NCBI GenBank assembly: GCA_030167145.1
Contig: CP126532.1
Coordinates: forward strand, 3,570,001 to 3,602,000
DNA: 32,000 bases
Reading direction: 5' to 3'
Source: Ktedonobacterales bacterium
Lineage (GTDB): Bacteria > Chloroflexota > Ktedonobacteria > Ktedonobacterales > JADMIN01
Part shown: positions 8,158-17,809 of the stretch, piece after piece
How the letters are laid out: each line of letters starts with the position of its first letter
How positions within the stretch are numbered: position 1 is the stretch's first letter
Notes under the pieces: model-generated
What the model was told of the DNA's origin: nothing
The model's database searches: none
Seen by the model: only the letters and a program-made list of their open reading frames with translations
Translations under genes and position numbers: made by a program

Positions 8158-8886
8158 CTACCCCTGAATTGTGATCGTGCGCGCCACGATGTCGGCGCCG
8201 CTGGCCGTGCCGATGACCATCACTTTCGCGCCCGCTATCAGGTCGGTGATCTGGCCCTGCTCGCTGGTCTGGATGATCGTCGTCGGCGTGATGGCGCAGC
8301 TAAACGTCTGCCCCTGCGTGTCGTCGAAGACCAGCTTGGTGCTGGTGGCGGAATCCACCGTGCCGCGAATCCCCTGGAAGCCGCTGCCTGTGCCATTCCC
8401 ATTGCCCGCGCCGAAACCGGCCCCTGGCGTACCCTGTCCACGCCGGAAGCATGCCGGATTCGTGCCCGCTGGCGGTGTGCCCTGGCCGCGCCCGCCGAAG
8501 CCGCCAAAGCCGCCGCTACCCGTCGTCCCCGTGAGGATGACGATACGCTGCGCCGCCGTCACCGCCGAATCGGTCACTACCTGCACGTTCGTTCCCGCCG
8601 TGAGGTCGGCGGCAGTCTTCGTGACGATGCGCGTGATGCGCGTATTGCTGTCTATCTGCACCTGTGTCGCTGTGCCACTTGCGTCCGTCACGGTGATGCT
8701 CCCCGCCGCCGTCGCGCTGATCGTCCCGCTGACCGCTTTGGCGGCGCGCGTGGGGGCGCAGGTAGGCGTCGCCTTCGCGGCGGACGATGCGGCGGATGCG
8801 CTGCCGCACGCGGTAAGCAGCGCGCCCAGCGCCAGCGCCAGCATCGCGCCAATCACAAATCTCGTGGTGTGTATCGTTCGTCCCAT
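8158..8886 (-). CDS. Lipoprotein with two DUF5666-like beta domains separated by a Gly/Phe/Arg-rich linker
   Basis: The internal ATG at 8884-8886 gives MGRTIHTTRFVIGAMLALALGALLTACGS (lipobox LTAC). AAGGAG lies upstream. There are two similar modules (GTISATAAGSITVTD...VQVV and IRGTVDSATSTKLVFDD...VMVIG). The linker is GSGGFGGFGGRGQG...GAGFGAGNGNGTGSGFQG. Confidence 0.85.
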   Translation of the reverse strand: MGRTIHTTRFVIGAMLALALGALLTACGSASAASSAAKATPTCAPTRAAKAVSGTISATAAGSITVTDASGTATQVQIDSNTRITRIVTKTAADLTAGTNVQVVTDSAVTAAQRIVILTGTTGSGGFGGFGGRGQGTPPAGTNPACFRRGQGTPGAGFGAGNGNGTGSGFQGIRGTVDSATSTKLVFDDTQGQTFSCAITPTTIIQTSEQGQITDLIAGAKVMVIGTASGADIVARTITIQG

Positions 8887-9071
8887 CTTCGAGAAATCTC
8901 CTTGCGCGTGATAGTCGGCATGTCCGCGACGGCACGTATGCAGCGTCGCGCACATTGCCAGGGGAGCGCCGTATGCGCCTCTCCCCACTCTATCGCAGCC
9001 CAAGGAAGAATCCACCGCTCAGGTGTAAAGAAATCGTAACGCTTTGCGCCGATCCATGCAGCGTGGCTGTG

Positions 9072-10667
9072 TTACGCGGGGGCGATGGGCAGCGTGAAGG
9101 TGAAGCGCGCGCCGCCGCCGGGCCGTTCGTCCGCCGTGATCGTGCCGCCGTGTACTTCGAGTAGCGAACGCACGATGGCTAGCCCCAGGCCGCTGCCGCC
9201 GGTGGCCGTGCTGCGCGAGGCGTCCACACGGTAGAACCGCTCGAAGATGCGCTCGCGGTCGGCGGGCGCGATGCCGGGGCCAGTGTCGCCGATGCTCAGG
9301 CGCAGCGTATTGCCGTTCGCCACTGCCGCGCCGTCCACCTCGATGCGTCCGCCCTCTGGCGTATGGCGTAGCGCGTTATCGAACAAGTTGAGCAGGATTT
9401 CGGTGAGCCGGTCGCCGTCGGCCAGCGCGGGTGGCAGATCGTCCGGCAGGGTGTTGACCACGGTGACGCCCTTGCGCTCGATCTCTGGCGCCAGCACCGC
9501 CAGCGTCTCCGCCACCAGCGCCTGCACCCGCACCGGCGCGCGTTGCAGCGTCTCCGCGCCATCTTCATAGCGCGCCACCTGCTGGAGCTGCCCCACCAGC
9601 CGCTTCAGCCGCGCCGCCTCCCGCGCAATCAGCCGCGCAGTCTCGTCGCGGTCGGCGGGATCGCTCACCACGCCATCCAGCAGCGCCTCGGTGAAGCCCT
9701 GAATCGCCGTGAGCGGCGTTGCTAATTCGTGCGAGACATTCGCCACCAACTCGCGTCGCAGTTGCTCTTGCCGCCGCAACTTGGCCACATCGCTTTCCAG
9801 CGCGCCCGCCATATCGTTGAAGCTGTGCGCCAGCCGCTGCATTTCGTCTGGCGCGCGCTCGCGCACCGCTACGCGCGTCGCGTAGTCGCCCGCCGCCATA
9901 CGTCCCGAAGCCTCGGTCAGCCGCGCCAGCGGGCGTGTCAGCCGCCTCGAGAAGAGCATCGCCAGCAGCGCCGCCAGCAGAATCGCGGCAATCGTTGCCA
10001 GCAGCAGCGCCGACTGCACGCGCCCCGCAAAGATCGCCGCCCGGCTCTGGCGTGGCAACGTGGAGAGCGCCACCGCGCCGGTGATTGGCTGCGACGGATC
10101 GCCGTTCAGGTGGATTGGCGCGACGGCGTAGTAGCGCTGCGCGAAGAGCGAGAGCAGCGGGCCAGGCAGCGCGCCAGTCTCTTCGTGCCCTTGCAGACCG
10201 CGTTGCAGCGCGGCGGTGATCGTCGCCTTATCCGACGTATACACCGGGTCATTGTTCAGTTCGGGTTGTGGCGCGAATGCCAGTTGCCCGGAGGTGGACA
10301 TCACCCAAATATTCAGGGTGAAGCGCCCGCGTGCAAATGCGCCTGGTGGGACACCACCCACCGGCTCACCGGTCAGTCCATCTGACGGCGCGCGCCCCAA
10401 CAGGTCCGCGACCTGATTCACCTCGCCCTGCAACTGCGTCCCCTGATAGTCGTTGAACGAGATGCTATTCACCACCAGCGTCGTCAGCGCGACCAGCGCC
10501 AATGCCCCCAGCGCGATCAACACCGAACCGACGGCCATCTGCACCCGCAGGCTGCGCGGGCTGAAGCGCCGCCAGCGCCGCTGTCCATCTGTGCTGCCGC
10601 CGTTGATGGCTGGGAGCGCAGGCGTAGCAGAGGTGTCAGGGGCGTTGTTAGAGGTCGCTGGCCACAT
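9072..10667 (-). CDS. Sensor histidine kinase (2 TM, HAMP, HisKA, HATPase_c)
   Basis: H-box NVSHELATPLTAIQGF, N-box LLNLFDNALRHTP, G-boxes IGDTGPGI and GGSGLGLAIV. It starts 3 nt after the stop of the OmpR-type regulator. Confidence 0.92.
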   Translation of the reverse strand: MWPATSNNAPDTSATPALPAINGGSTDGQRRWRRFSPRSLRVQMAVGSVLIALGALALVALTTLVVNSISFNDYQGTQLQGEVNQVADLLGRAPSDGLTGEPVGGVPPGAFARGRFTLNIWVMSTSGQLAFAPQPELNNDPVYTSDKATITAALQRGLQGHEETGALPGPLLSLFAQRYYAVAPIHLNGDPSQPITGAVALSTLPRQSRAAIFAGRVQSALLLATIAAILLAALLAMLFSRRLTRPLARLTEASGRMAAGDYATRVAVRERAPDEMQRLAHSFNDMAGALESDVAKLRRQEQLRRELVANVSHELATPLTAIQGFTEALLDGVVSDPADRDETARLIAREAARLKRLVGQLQQVARYEDGAETLQRAPVRVQALVAETLAVLAPEIERKGVTVVNTLPDDLPPALADGDRLTEILLNLFDNALRHTPEGGRIEVDGAAVANGNTLRLSIGDTGPGIAPADRERIFERFYRVDASRSTATGGSGLGLAIVRSLLEVHGGTITADERPGGGARFTFTLPIAPA

Positions 10668-10670
10668 GCG

Positions 10671-11420
10671 CTACGCTCCACTCTCAGGCGCGACACTGGC
10701 ATCGGCTGGATCGAAAACGTAGCCGACGCGCCAGATCGTCTTGATATAGCGCGGCTGCGCGGGGTCGCGTTCGATTTTCTTACGTAGCGTGCCGATGTGC
10801 ACATCCACCGTGCGGCTATCGCCAAGGTAATCGTAGCCCCACACCGCGCTCAGCAGTTCCTCGCGTGTGAAGACCCGCTCCGGCGCACGCGCCAGCGCCA
10901 GCAGCAGATCGAACTCCTTCGCCGTCAACTCCACGCGCCGCCCGTCCACCTCCACGCGCCGCGCCCTCACCGTGAGCGTCAAGCCTGGGAAATTCAGCAT
11001 GTCTGGCTCGGCGTCTCCTAGCACCAGTTGTTCGGTTGGCGCCGTGCGGCGCAGGATCGCCCGCACGCGGCTCACCAGTTCGCGTGGGCTGAATGGCTTC
11101 GTCACGTAATCATCCGCGCCGAGGTCTAGCCCGGCGATGCGGTCTTCTTCCGTCTGTAGAGCGGTCAGCATCAGAATCGGCGTGCGCGCGGACGCGCGAA
11201 TGCGGCGGCACACATCCCAGCCATCCAGGCCGGGCAGCATCACATCCAGTACCACCAGATCGGGATGCTCGCGCTCGTGCAACGTCAGCCCGACGATGCC
11301 ATTCCCCGCCACCAGCACGCGATAGCCCGCCTGAATCAGATACAGGCGGAGGAGCCGTGTGATACTCTCCTCGTCCTCGATGACGAGCACCGTCGCCTCT
11401 GACGTGTATGGGTCGTTCAT
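10671..11420 (-). CDS. OmpR/PhoB-family response regulator
   Basis: The ATG at 11418-11420 gives MNDPYTSEATVLVIEDEESI. Other motifs: DLVVLDVMLPGLDG, the conserved YVTKPF, and a winged-helix C-terminus (LTAKEFDLLLALA...VWGYDY...RTVDVHIGTLRKKIE). The longer track ORF overlaps the permease gene and is unlikely. Confidence 0.92.
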   Translation of the reverse strand: MNDPYTSEATVLVIEDEESITRLLRLYLIQAGYRVLVAGNGIVGLTLHEREHPDLVVLDVMLPGLDGWDVCRRIRASARTPILMLTALQTEEDRIAGLDLGADDYVTKPFSPRELVSRVRAILRRTAPTEQLVLGDAEPDMLNFPGLTLTVRARRVEVDGRRVELTAKEFDLLLALARAPERVFTREELLSAVWGYDYLGDSRTVDVHIGTLRKKIERDPAQPRYIKTIWRVGYVFDPADASVAPESGA

Positions 11421-11442
11421 CGCGGCTGCTCCCCCATGCCGA

Positions 11443-12762
11443 TCACTCGGTCCGCAGCGCGACGATGGGATCCAGCCGCGAGGCGCGCACCGCCGGGTAG
11501 AGGCCGAACGCCACGCCGATGCCCGATGCGACGGCGAAGGCCAGCACAATCGAGACGATACTGGGCGCGAACGGTAAGCTGAAGCCAATCGTCAGCGCCA
11601 GGCCCAGCGCCAGCCCGATGATGATGCCGATGGCCCCGCCGGACGTGCTCAATGTCAGCGCTTCGATCAAGAACTGGTTGCGAATATCGCGCCGCCGCGC
11701 GCCGATGGCCATGCGTATGCCAATTTCGCGTGTGCGCTCCGTCACCGATACCAGCATGATATTCATAATGCCGATGCCGCCGACAAGCAGCGAGATTGCC
11801 GCCACGCCCACCAGCAGGAAGGTCAACGTCTGGGTGAAGGTCTGCGCCGTCTGCACCAGTTGATTCGAGCTACGCACCGTGAAGTCGTCCGCCGAGCCGT
11901 CCGTCGGCAGATTGTGCCGCTGTTCGAGCAGCGTGGTGATGGCCGCCTGGGTGGAATTGACGTTATTCGCGTCATCTACCTGTACCGCAATCTGCGACAC
12001 ATACTGAATATTGTCCAGCCGTGCTTGCGCCGCGTTGAATGGCACATAGATCACGTCGTCCTGGTTCTGGAATCCCGTCGTGCCCTTGGCCTTCAGCACG
12101 CCCACCACTTGGAACGCCTGGCTGTTGATGAGAATCGTCTGCCCCACCGGATCGGCGGTCGAAGTCGCGAACAGGTTATCCACGGTCGTCTGGCCCAACA
12201 CCGCCACCGCGTTCCCGCTCGATTCGTCGGCATCGCTGAACCACGAGCCTTCCGACATCGTCCAGGTGCCAATGCTTTGATAGTTGGGGTAGACCCCCTG
12301 CACGCGTGTATTCGTGTTCTGGTCCGCATAGACGATCTGCGCCTGCACGCTGATCACCGGACTGACGTTTTGCACATGGGCCACTCCGCTCATCGCGTCG
12401 GCGTCGCTCTGCTTCAAGCTCTGGCGCGTGCCCGCCGCGCTGAAGGCGCCGCCGCTCTGCGTCGCCCCCGGCGAGATGGTCAGCGTGTTGGTGCCCAGCC
12501 CCGTGATGCGCGAATTGATCAGCGCGCTGGTGCCCTGCGTCAGCGTCACCGCGCCAATCACCGCCGCCACGCCGACGATCACGCCGAGCGCCGTGAGCAG
12601 CGAGCGCAGACGGTTGGCCCAGAGCGCCTCCAGCGCGCTGGCGAAATTGGCGTTCAGCGTATTGCGGCGACCGTGGTGCGTGGGCATGCCGCCGTGTCCG
12701 CCGCGCTTGGGGAGCGTATCGCGCTTGGCTGGCTCGACGCTCTGCCGTGAATCTAAACTCAT
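11443..12762 (-). CDS. MacB-type ABC transporter permease (FtsX-like, large extracytoplasmic domain)
   Basis: [26 protein letters not shown] at the N-terminus. C-terminal FtsX region [28 protein letters not shown] plus 3 TM helices. The start overlaps the ATPase stop (ATGA at 12759-12762). Confidence 0.92.
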   Translation of the reverse strand: MSLDSRQSVEPAKRDTLPKRGGHGGMPTHHGRRNTLNANFASALEALWANRLRSLLTALGVIVGVAAVIGAVTLTQGTSALINSRITGLGTNTLTISPGATQSGGAFSAAGTRQSLKQSDADAMSGVAHVQNVSPVISVQAQIVYADQNTNTRVQGVYPNYQSIGTWTMSEGSWFSDADESSGNAVAVLGQTTVDNLFATSTADPVGQTILINSQAFQVVGVLKAKGTTGFQNQDDVIYVPFNAAQARLDNIQYVSQIAVQVDDANNVNSTQAAITTLLEQRHNLPTDGSADDFTVRSSNQLVQTAQTFTQTLTFLLVGVAAISLLVGGIGIMNIMLVSVTERTREIGIRMAIGARRRDIRNQFLIEALTLSTSGGAIGIIIGLALGLALTIGFSLPFAPSIVSIVLAFAVASGIGVAFGLYPAVRASRLDPIVALRTE

Positions 12763-13703
12763 GGGAGTTCCTCCCGAATGTGTACCTCATTGGGTTGGGT
12801 CGCTGGGCGCAGCGATTCTTCCATCTCATCGCGCGCCGAACGCGGGGCGAGCACCGGTTCATCGCGCACCAGCCGCCCGTCGCGGAAGGCCACCTGGCGG
12901 TGGGCATACGCGGCGATATCGGCCTCGTGCGTCACCAGCACAATCGTTAGCCCGCGCGCATTCAACGCTTGCAGCAGCGCCATGATCTCGACGCTGGTGC
13001 GCGAATCGAGGTTGCCGGTTGGCTCGTCCGCCAGCAGCAGGTTCGGCCCGTTCACCAGCGCCCGCGCGATAGCCACACGCTGCTGCTGCCCGCCGGAAAG
13101 CTGTGTCGGCTTGTGGTGTAGCCGCTTGCCCAGGCCGACCAGTTGCAGCGCGCGGCGAGCGCGGCGCTCTTGCTCCTCTTTGCTGAAGCCCGCGTAGAGC
13201 AGCGGCATGCTCACATTGCCCAGCGCCGTCGCCCGCGAGAGCAGGTTGAAGCCCTGGAATACGAAGCCGATGCGCCGGTTGCGGACATCGGCAAGCTGGT
13301 CGGGTGTCATGCGGCCAACCGGCACGCCCATCAAATCGTACTCGCCGCTGGTCGGCGTATCGAGGCAGCCGAGCAGGTTCATGAACGTGGATTTCCCTGA
13401 ACCGGATGGCCCCATCACCGCCACGAATTCGCCGCGCTCCACCCGCAACGATACGCCACGCAGCGCACGCACACGGGTTTCGCCCAACTGATACGTCTTG
13501 GCCAGGTTGCGCACCATGATGACGGGCAGCGGTAGAGCCGCCGGCTGTGGCTGCGACGCTGCATCGGGCATCGCAGCCATATCCCGCATGTCCTGCATAT
13601 CGTCGGTCTCGTGTGGCGTGGCGGTCGCGCCATTGTGGCTGGCTGGCTCGTCGTGAACTGCCTGGGCGCGCTCGTAGGGCAGGTCAAATGGATGATCGGT
13701 CAC
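12759..13703 (-). CDS. MacB/LolD-type ABC transporter ATP-binding protein with an acidic, Met-rich N-terminal extension
   Basis: Walker [10 protein letters not shown], signature [15 protein letters not shown], Walker [14 protein letters not shown] prefer the GTG at 13701-13703 because AAGGAG (reverse complement of 13710-13715) lies 6 nt upstream. The track ORF extends to a GTG at 13754. Confidence 0.9.
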   Translation of the reverse strand: MTDHPFDLPYERAQAVHDEPASHNGATATPHETDDMQDMRDMAAMPDAASQPQPAALPLPVIMVRNLAKTYQLGETRVRALRGVSLRVERGEFVAVMGPSGSGKSTFMNLLGCLDTPTSGEYDLMGVPVGRMTPDQLADVRNRRIGFVFQGFNLLSRATALGNVSMPLLYAGFSKEEQERRARRALQLVGLGKRLHHKPTQLSGGQQQRVAIARALVNGPNLLLADEPTGNLDSRTSVEIMALLQALNARGLTIVLVTHEADIAAYAHRQVAFRDGRLVRDEPVLAPRSARDEMEESLRPATQPNEVHIREELP

Positions 13704-13753
13704 GGCATACTCCTTGTGCATTGGCGTGGTCGCGTCAGAGCGATGTCGCGCCA

Positions 13754-15331
13754 CTAATTGCCGCCACCGGTTGCGCCACCCGCGCCGCTACCGCCCGCGC
13801 CGCCATTCGTGCCACCGCCGCGACCGCCGCCCGCGCCGCCGCCACGCCCGCCGCCGAAGCCCCCACCGCCGGGGAAGAGTCCGCTCCCCGTTCCGGTCCC
13901 ACTGGTGGCGCTGGTTGTGCCGCCCGTTTGCCCGGTCACGATGGTTTCGCCCTGCGAGAGACCCGCCAGCACTTCGTCAAGCGTGCCATTCGAGAGGCCC
14001 AGCACTACCGGCTTGACCACCCATTTGCCGCCGCTGCGTTCCAGCACAAACGAGAGGGTGAGATTGTCGGCGCTGGCCGTCGTATCGCTGCTCTGCGCCG
14101 ATTGCAGCAATTGCTGCCCCTGTTGCAGCGCCGCGACAATCTGGTTGCGCGTGATGCCGCTGCCAATCTGCTGCCGGGCGAACGTCACCGCGCTGGCCGG
14201 AATCAAGAGCACATTCACGCGCTGCGCCGTGGTAATCGTCACATTCGCCGTCATCTGCGGCAGCAGATTCACGCCTTGCAGATTCGAGGTATCCACGTCA
14301 ATGGTCACCGGATAGGTGACGACGCTGGAGCTTGACTGCCCAATCGGCGAGATGGAGCTGACCGTGCCACGGAAGCGTTTGCCGGTATACGCGCTGACCG
14401 TGAATGTCACCGTCTGGCCGGTGGCGATCTTGCCGATGTCCGCCTCATTCACACTGGCGGCAACCTGCAACGATGAGAGGTCCAGAATCTCGATGAATGC
14501 GCCGCCGCTGGATGAACCACTGCCGCTGCCACTGGATGAACCGCCCGACCCCGGCGAGCCGCCAACCTGGCCATTGATCGCGCCAACGATACCATCATGC
14601 GGCGCCTTCAGCGTCGCATTACTCAGGTTGTGCTGCGCGGTGGTCAGCGACTGCTGCGCTGAAGCGATCTGCGACGACGCGGAGCCTTCTGATCCGGAAA
14701 CCTGCGCCTGGGTTGAGGCATATTGCGCTTCGGCGCTATTGATGCACTGCGAGTTGCCGTGGCAATTGCTGATCGCCGTTTGCTCTTGCTGGTATGCCGC
14801 GTCCAGTTGGGCGTTGCCCTGCACCACCGCCCGCGAATACGCGCCATACGCATTGTTGAGCGCGATCTGCGCCGAGTTCACTGCATCTTGCAGCGAGGTT
14901 GGGTCGAGCTTCGCCAGCACCTGCCCGCTCTTCACCTGCTGCCCCACGCTCACGTCAATCTCCTTGATCGTGCCGCTGCCGGAGAAGTTCACGTCATAGG
15001 TCGCGCTTTGCAGCGAGCCGGTCGCCGAAACGGTTGTCACCAGATTACCGGTCGTCACCTGCCGCGTCGTGTAGGTAATCTGCGGCGCACGCGAGCGCGT
15101 CACCACCACCGACGTGACGATCACCACGGCGATCACCACGGCGGCAATCGCCGCCAGCCACCGCCGCTGCCGCCACCACGGACGCCGCCTCCGCTCCTGT
15201 TCCTGCTCGTCCTCGTCAATGAAATCGGTATCGTCGTCATAGAAGCCCGGTAGGTCAAGCTCGTGCGCTCGTTCTCTCTGGCGCAGTACGCCTGGCTGGG
15301 TCGTTTCGCCGCGTTGCGGTGACTCTAGCAT
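13754..15331 (-). CDS. HlyD/MacA-family efflux adaptor with a Gly-rich (RGG/FGG) C-terminal tail
   Basis: N-terminal TM helix [15 protein letters not shown], then a lipoyl/beta-barrel-type adaptor sequence ([15 protein letters not shown]...GQVLAKLD...; coiled-coil region; ...IPASAV). The ATG at 15329-15331 has GAGAGGATAGAGGG upstream. Upstream ORF sequence looks non-coding. Confidence 0.85.
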   Translation of the reverse strand: MLESPQRGETTQPGVLRQRERAHELDLPGFYDDDTDFIDEDEQEQERRRRPWWRQRRWLAAIAAVVIAVVIVTSVVVTRSRAPQITYTTRQVTTGNLVTTVSATGSLQSATYDVNFSGSGTIKEIDVSVGQQVKSGQVLAKLDPTSLQDAVNSAQIALNNAYGAYSRAVVQGNAQLDAAYQQEQTAISNCHGNSQCINSAEAQYASTQAQVSGSEGSASSQIASAQQSLTTAQHNLSNATLKAPHDGIVGAINGQVGGSPGSGGSSSGSGSGSSSGGAFIEILDLSSLQVAASVNEADIGKIATGQTVTFTVSAYTGKRFRGTVSSISPIGQSSSSVVTYPVTIDVDTSNLQGVNLLPQMTANVTITTAQRVNVLLIPASAVTFARQQIGSGITRNQIVAALQQGQQLLQSAQSSDTTASADNLTLSFVLERSGGKWVVKPVVLGLSNGTLDEVLAGLSQGETIVTGQTGGTTSATSGTGTGSGLFPGGGGFGGGRGGGAGGGRGGGTNGGAGGSGAGGATGGGN

Positions 15332-15350
15332 CTGCCCTCTATCCTCTCTA

Positions 15351-15372
15351 CCAACTACCGTCCAACTACCGT
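15351..15372. repeat. Exact tandem 11-bp direct repeat CCAACTACCGT x2 (minus strand: ACGGTAGTTGG x2)
   Basis: Read directly from the sequence. Located 20-41 nt upstream of the adaptor start codon. Confidence 0.9.
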
Positions 15373-15528
15373 CGCGCCGCCAGCCGGACTGCTCATTTCC
15401 CCGGATGGCGTGTAGATCACTGCCGCATTCCTGGCCCATCTGGGCGCTTACTCGTGACAATACGATGCAGCGTCCAGCTTGAAAACCATCGGCTGTAAAG
15501 ACTCTGCAAAGTTTGGCGGTAGCCTTGT

Positions 15529-15557
15529 TTTCCACTGCCGAGGGGATTCAATATAAT
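15529..15557 (+). promoter_or_regulatory. Sigma70-like promoter TTTCCA-N17-TATAAT for the aldolase gene
   Basis: Perfect -10 TATAAT at 15552-15557. The -35 TTTCCA is at 15529-15534. It lies 66 nt upstream of the ATG at 15624. Confidence 0.4.
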
Positions 15558-15623
15558 GGCAGTTACGGCGCATATCCGCGCCTCGCGCTTCCTGAAACTC
15601 TCCCATACTGATGAGGATAAACC

Positions 15624-16277
15624 ATGCGATTAGCGACCTTGCGCGCCGAGGTGGCGCGCTACGCGAAGAAGATGTCCGCCAGCGGGCTGGTGCGCGCGAC
15701 CCAGGGCAACCTCAGCGCCCGCGACCCTGAATCTGGCCTGATCTGCGTCACCCCCAGCGGCGCGGACTACGACCTGCTCAGCGCGGAGGACATCGTCGTG
15801 GTGGATGCCGAGGGCGCGGTGGTCGAGGGGCAGTGGAAGCCCAGCCTGGAGACGCCGCTGCACACCTTGCTGCTGGGCCGCCGCGCCGACATCCACTGTG
15901 TGATGCACACCCACTCGCTCTACGCCTCGGCCTTCGCCGTGCTCTACCAGCCTGTGCCGATGATCCTCGCCGAATCTGCCGCGTGCCTGGGCGGACCCGT
16001 GCCCACCATGCCGTATCAAGAATCCGGCACGCTAGAGTTCGCTGAGCGGGCAGCGGAGGCGCTAGGCCAGGGCCACGCGCTGCTCTGGGGCAACCACGGC
16101 GCGATGGTGGTGGGACCAAGCCTCGCACTGACCTACTCCATCGCCCATGCCCTCGAAGATACCGCGCGGATCTATGCCATCGCCGCGCAACTGGGCATGC
16201 CTACCGAACTGCCGCCCGACGAGGTGGCACGGCTCCACGCCTGGTGGAAAGCCAGCTACGGCCAGCGCGTCAACTGA
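15624..16277 (+). CDS. Class II aldolase/adducin-family protein (fuculose-phosphate aldolase / ribulose-5-P epimerase-like)
   Basis: GNLSARDPESGLICVTPSG and the metal-binding HTHSLYASAFA. GAGGA lies 6 nt upstream of the ATG. Confidence 0.9.
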   Translation: MRLATLRAEVARYAKKMSASGLVRATQGNLSARDPESGLICVTPSGADYDLLSAEDIVVVDAEGAVVEGQWKPSLETPLHTLLLGRRADIHCVMHTHSLYASAFAVLYQPVPMILAESAACLGGPVPTMPYQESGTLEFAERAAEALGQGHALLWGNHGAMVVGPSLALTYSIAHALEDTARIYAIAAQLGMPTELPPDEVARLHAWWKASYGQRVN

Positions 16278-16302
16278 CCACTGCGGCGGCACTTCAAATC
16301 AC

Positions 16303-17619
16303 CTATGATGATGCTCCCCAAAGCTGCCGCACAACAGCAGCATACTGCTGAGCAATGCGCACCGGATCGAGGTTGAAGAAACGTCCATGCCCCAACTGCG
16401 GCGCTATCTCGTGATAGGCCGCGTCCAGCACTGCTCGATCCAGGTAGCCCTGCTGATGCAGCAAGGCGACATCAGCCAGATCGCGACTGCTGCCGCGCGC
16501 AATCTTGGCCAGCGCAGGCGAATAAAAATCGAAATAGAAGACATCGAGCGTACCATAGCGTCCAACATATCGCGACATCGTTTCCCATGAGGCTGGCAGG
16601 GGAATGAAGGCACCGGGGGCGGCCAGTTCGACATTGATCCCGAGCTGAATCTTCAATTGGCGAATCGCGTCTTCTACCTCCTGCTCATCGCTCACCGCCA
16701 GTTTCAGATCAATGTCCGCGGTGCTCGCGCCCTGGCCACGCACCTGACTATGGATCAACTCAGCGCCGCCCGCGAGGTAGATCCGCCCGGCAGCATGCCG
16801 CACACGCCGACCGAGTTCCTGTAAGAATCGCTCGATATCGCTGTGGGTGACATCTGGTCGCAAACTCATGCTGTGTTCCTCCGCTGTGCCTGCGCGCACA
16901 TCGGCTGCCATCTTCCCAGTTGTTGCACGCGGGCTTACAGCGTGAGCGTGCCGAGAGGTCCGCTGGATTGTTCGTTGTGATGCCGCGGTAGTCCAGATGA
17001 AACGCTGTGACGCCCGCGGCAGCATCTGGGATGGGCGCCATTCGCGGCACTGTCCCTCTTGCGCGAGCACGTGGTCGAGCTGATTTTGCCAATCAGCCAC
17101 GTAGTTGGCGAGGACGCCTGTTCGCTGGCGTTCGTAAGCGGCAAGGGCTTGGAGGCCAGCCTCGCCATAGGCGACCACAGGCGCGGGCAGCCCGCGAACG
17201 CGCCAGTCAGCGGCAAAGCGCCGCTCAGGAATGCGCGGAGCGTGACCCAGCGCCAGCGTGAGCGGTAGGCGCCAGATCCGCTGAAGATAGAGTGCGGCTA
17301 ACAGCAACGTCATCACTTGCTCTTTGGCCTGATCTGGCGCGGTCGTGCGAACATCCGCAGTCGCTACGGCGAATCGTGGGTGGAGGAACAGGAGGCCGAT
17401 GATGCTATCGCGGACACGGGGATCTGGAGACTGCGCAAGTTGTGTCAACAACGCTCCTGGCGTCAGTGGCTGCTGTTCGTCGTTCTTACCGCTGTCGTCA
17501 CGTAATTCGGCGTTGATGAGATAGTGGAGACCGTGCGCATGCAGTTCGGCGAGTAAGTGCGAGGTCGCCGCATGATATGTTGTATGCTCTGGCGTCTCGC
17601 GCGCCGTTGTCGTATGCAA
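16303..17619 (-). CDS. Nucleotidyltransferase-fold (DUF6036/MNT-like) domain protein with an N-terminal helical region, and a possible nested product from 16869
   Basis: The C-terminal 188 aa carry the NTase pattern LAGG-x14-DIDL and the tail FYFDFYSPALAKIARGSSRDLADVALL. A TTG start at 17619 has GGGAGG 5 nt upstream. An internal in-frame ATG at 16869 has GGAGGAA 6 nt upstream. Confidence 0.7.
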   Translation of the reverse strand: MHTTTARETPEHTTYHAATSHLLAELHAHGLHYLINAELRDDSGKNDEQQPLTPGALLTQLAQSPDPRVRDSIIGLLFLHPRFAVATADVRTTAPDQAKEQVMTLLLAALYLQRIWRLPLTLALGHAPRIPERRFAADWRVRGLPAPVVAYGEAGLQALAAYERQRTGVLANYVADWQNQLDHVLAQEGQCREWRPSQMLPRASQRFIWTTAASQRTIQRTSRHAHAVSPRATTGKMAADVRAGTAEEHSMSLRPDVTHSDIERFLQELGRRVRHAAGRIYLAGGAELIHSQVRGQGASTADIDLKLAVSDEQEVEDAIRQLKIQLGINVELAAPGAFIPLPASWETMSRYVGRYGTLDVFYFDFYSPALAKIARGSSRDLADVALLHQQGYLDRAVLDAAYHEIAPQLGHGRFFNLDPVRIAQQYAAVVRQLWGASS

Positions 17620-17809
17620 ACAGGCCTCCCAGCGAGTTGCGCGCTAGCTGAGCAGCGAAATCAGCGATACTCCTTTGCGTATAACTTCAGTCATTATGCC
17701 ACGTTCTATAGCGCCTACTCCTTCGGTATCGCGGCACGTGGCACTTGAGCGCAAGCGATGCCAACGAATGACGCCCAATCGCCCGCTCGCCTCTCAAGGC
17801 ATTGCGGTA

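Noticed and set aside
13757-13924. Highly repetitive GCC/GCG/CCG-rich DNA that could be mistaken for a tandem-repeat or CRISPR-like array
   Set aside because: There is no repeat-spacer periodicity. It is the in-frame Gly-rich C-terminal tail of the adaptor gene read on the opposite strand.
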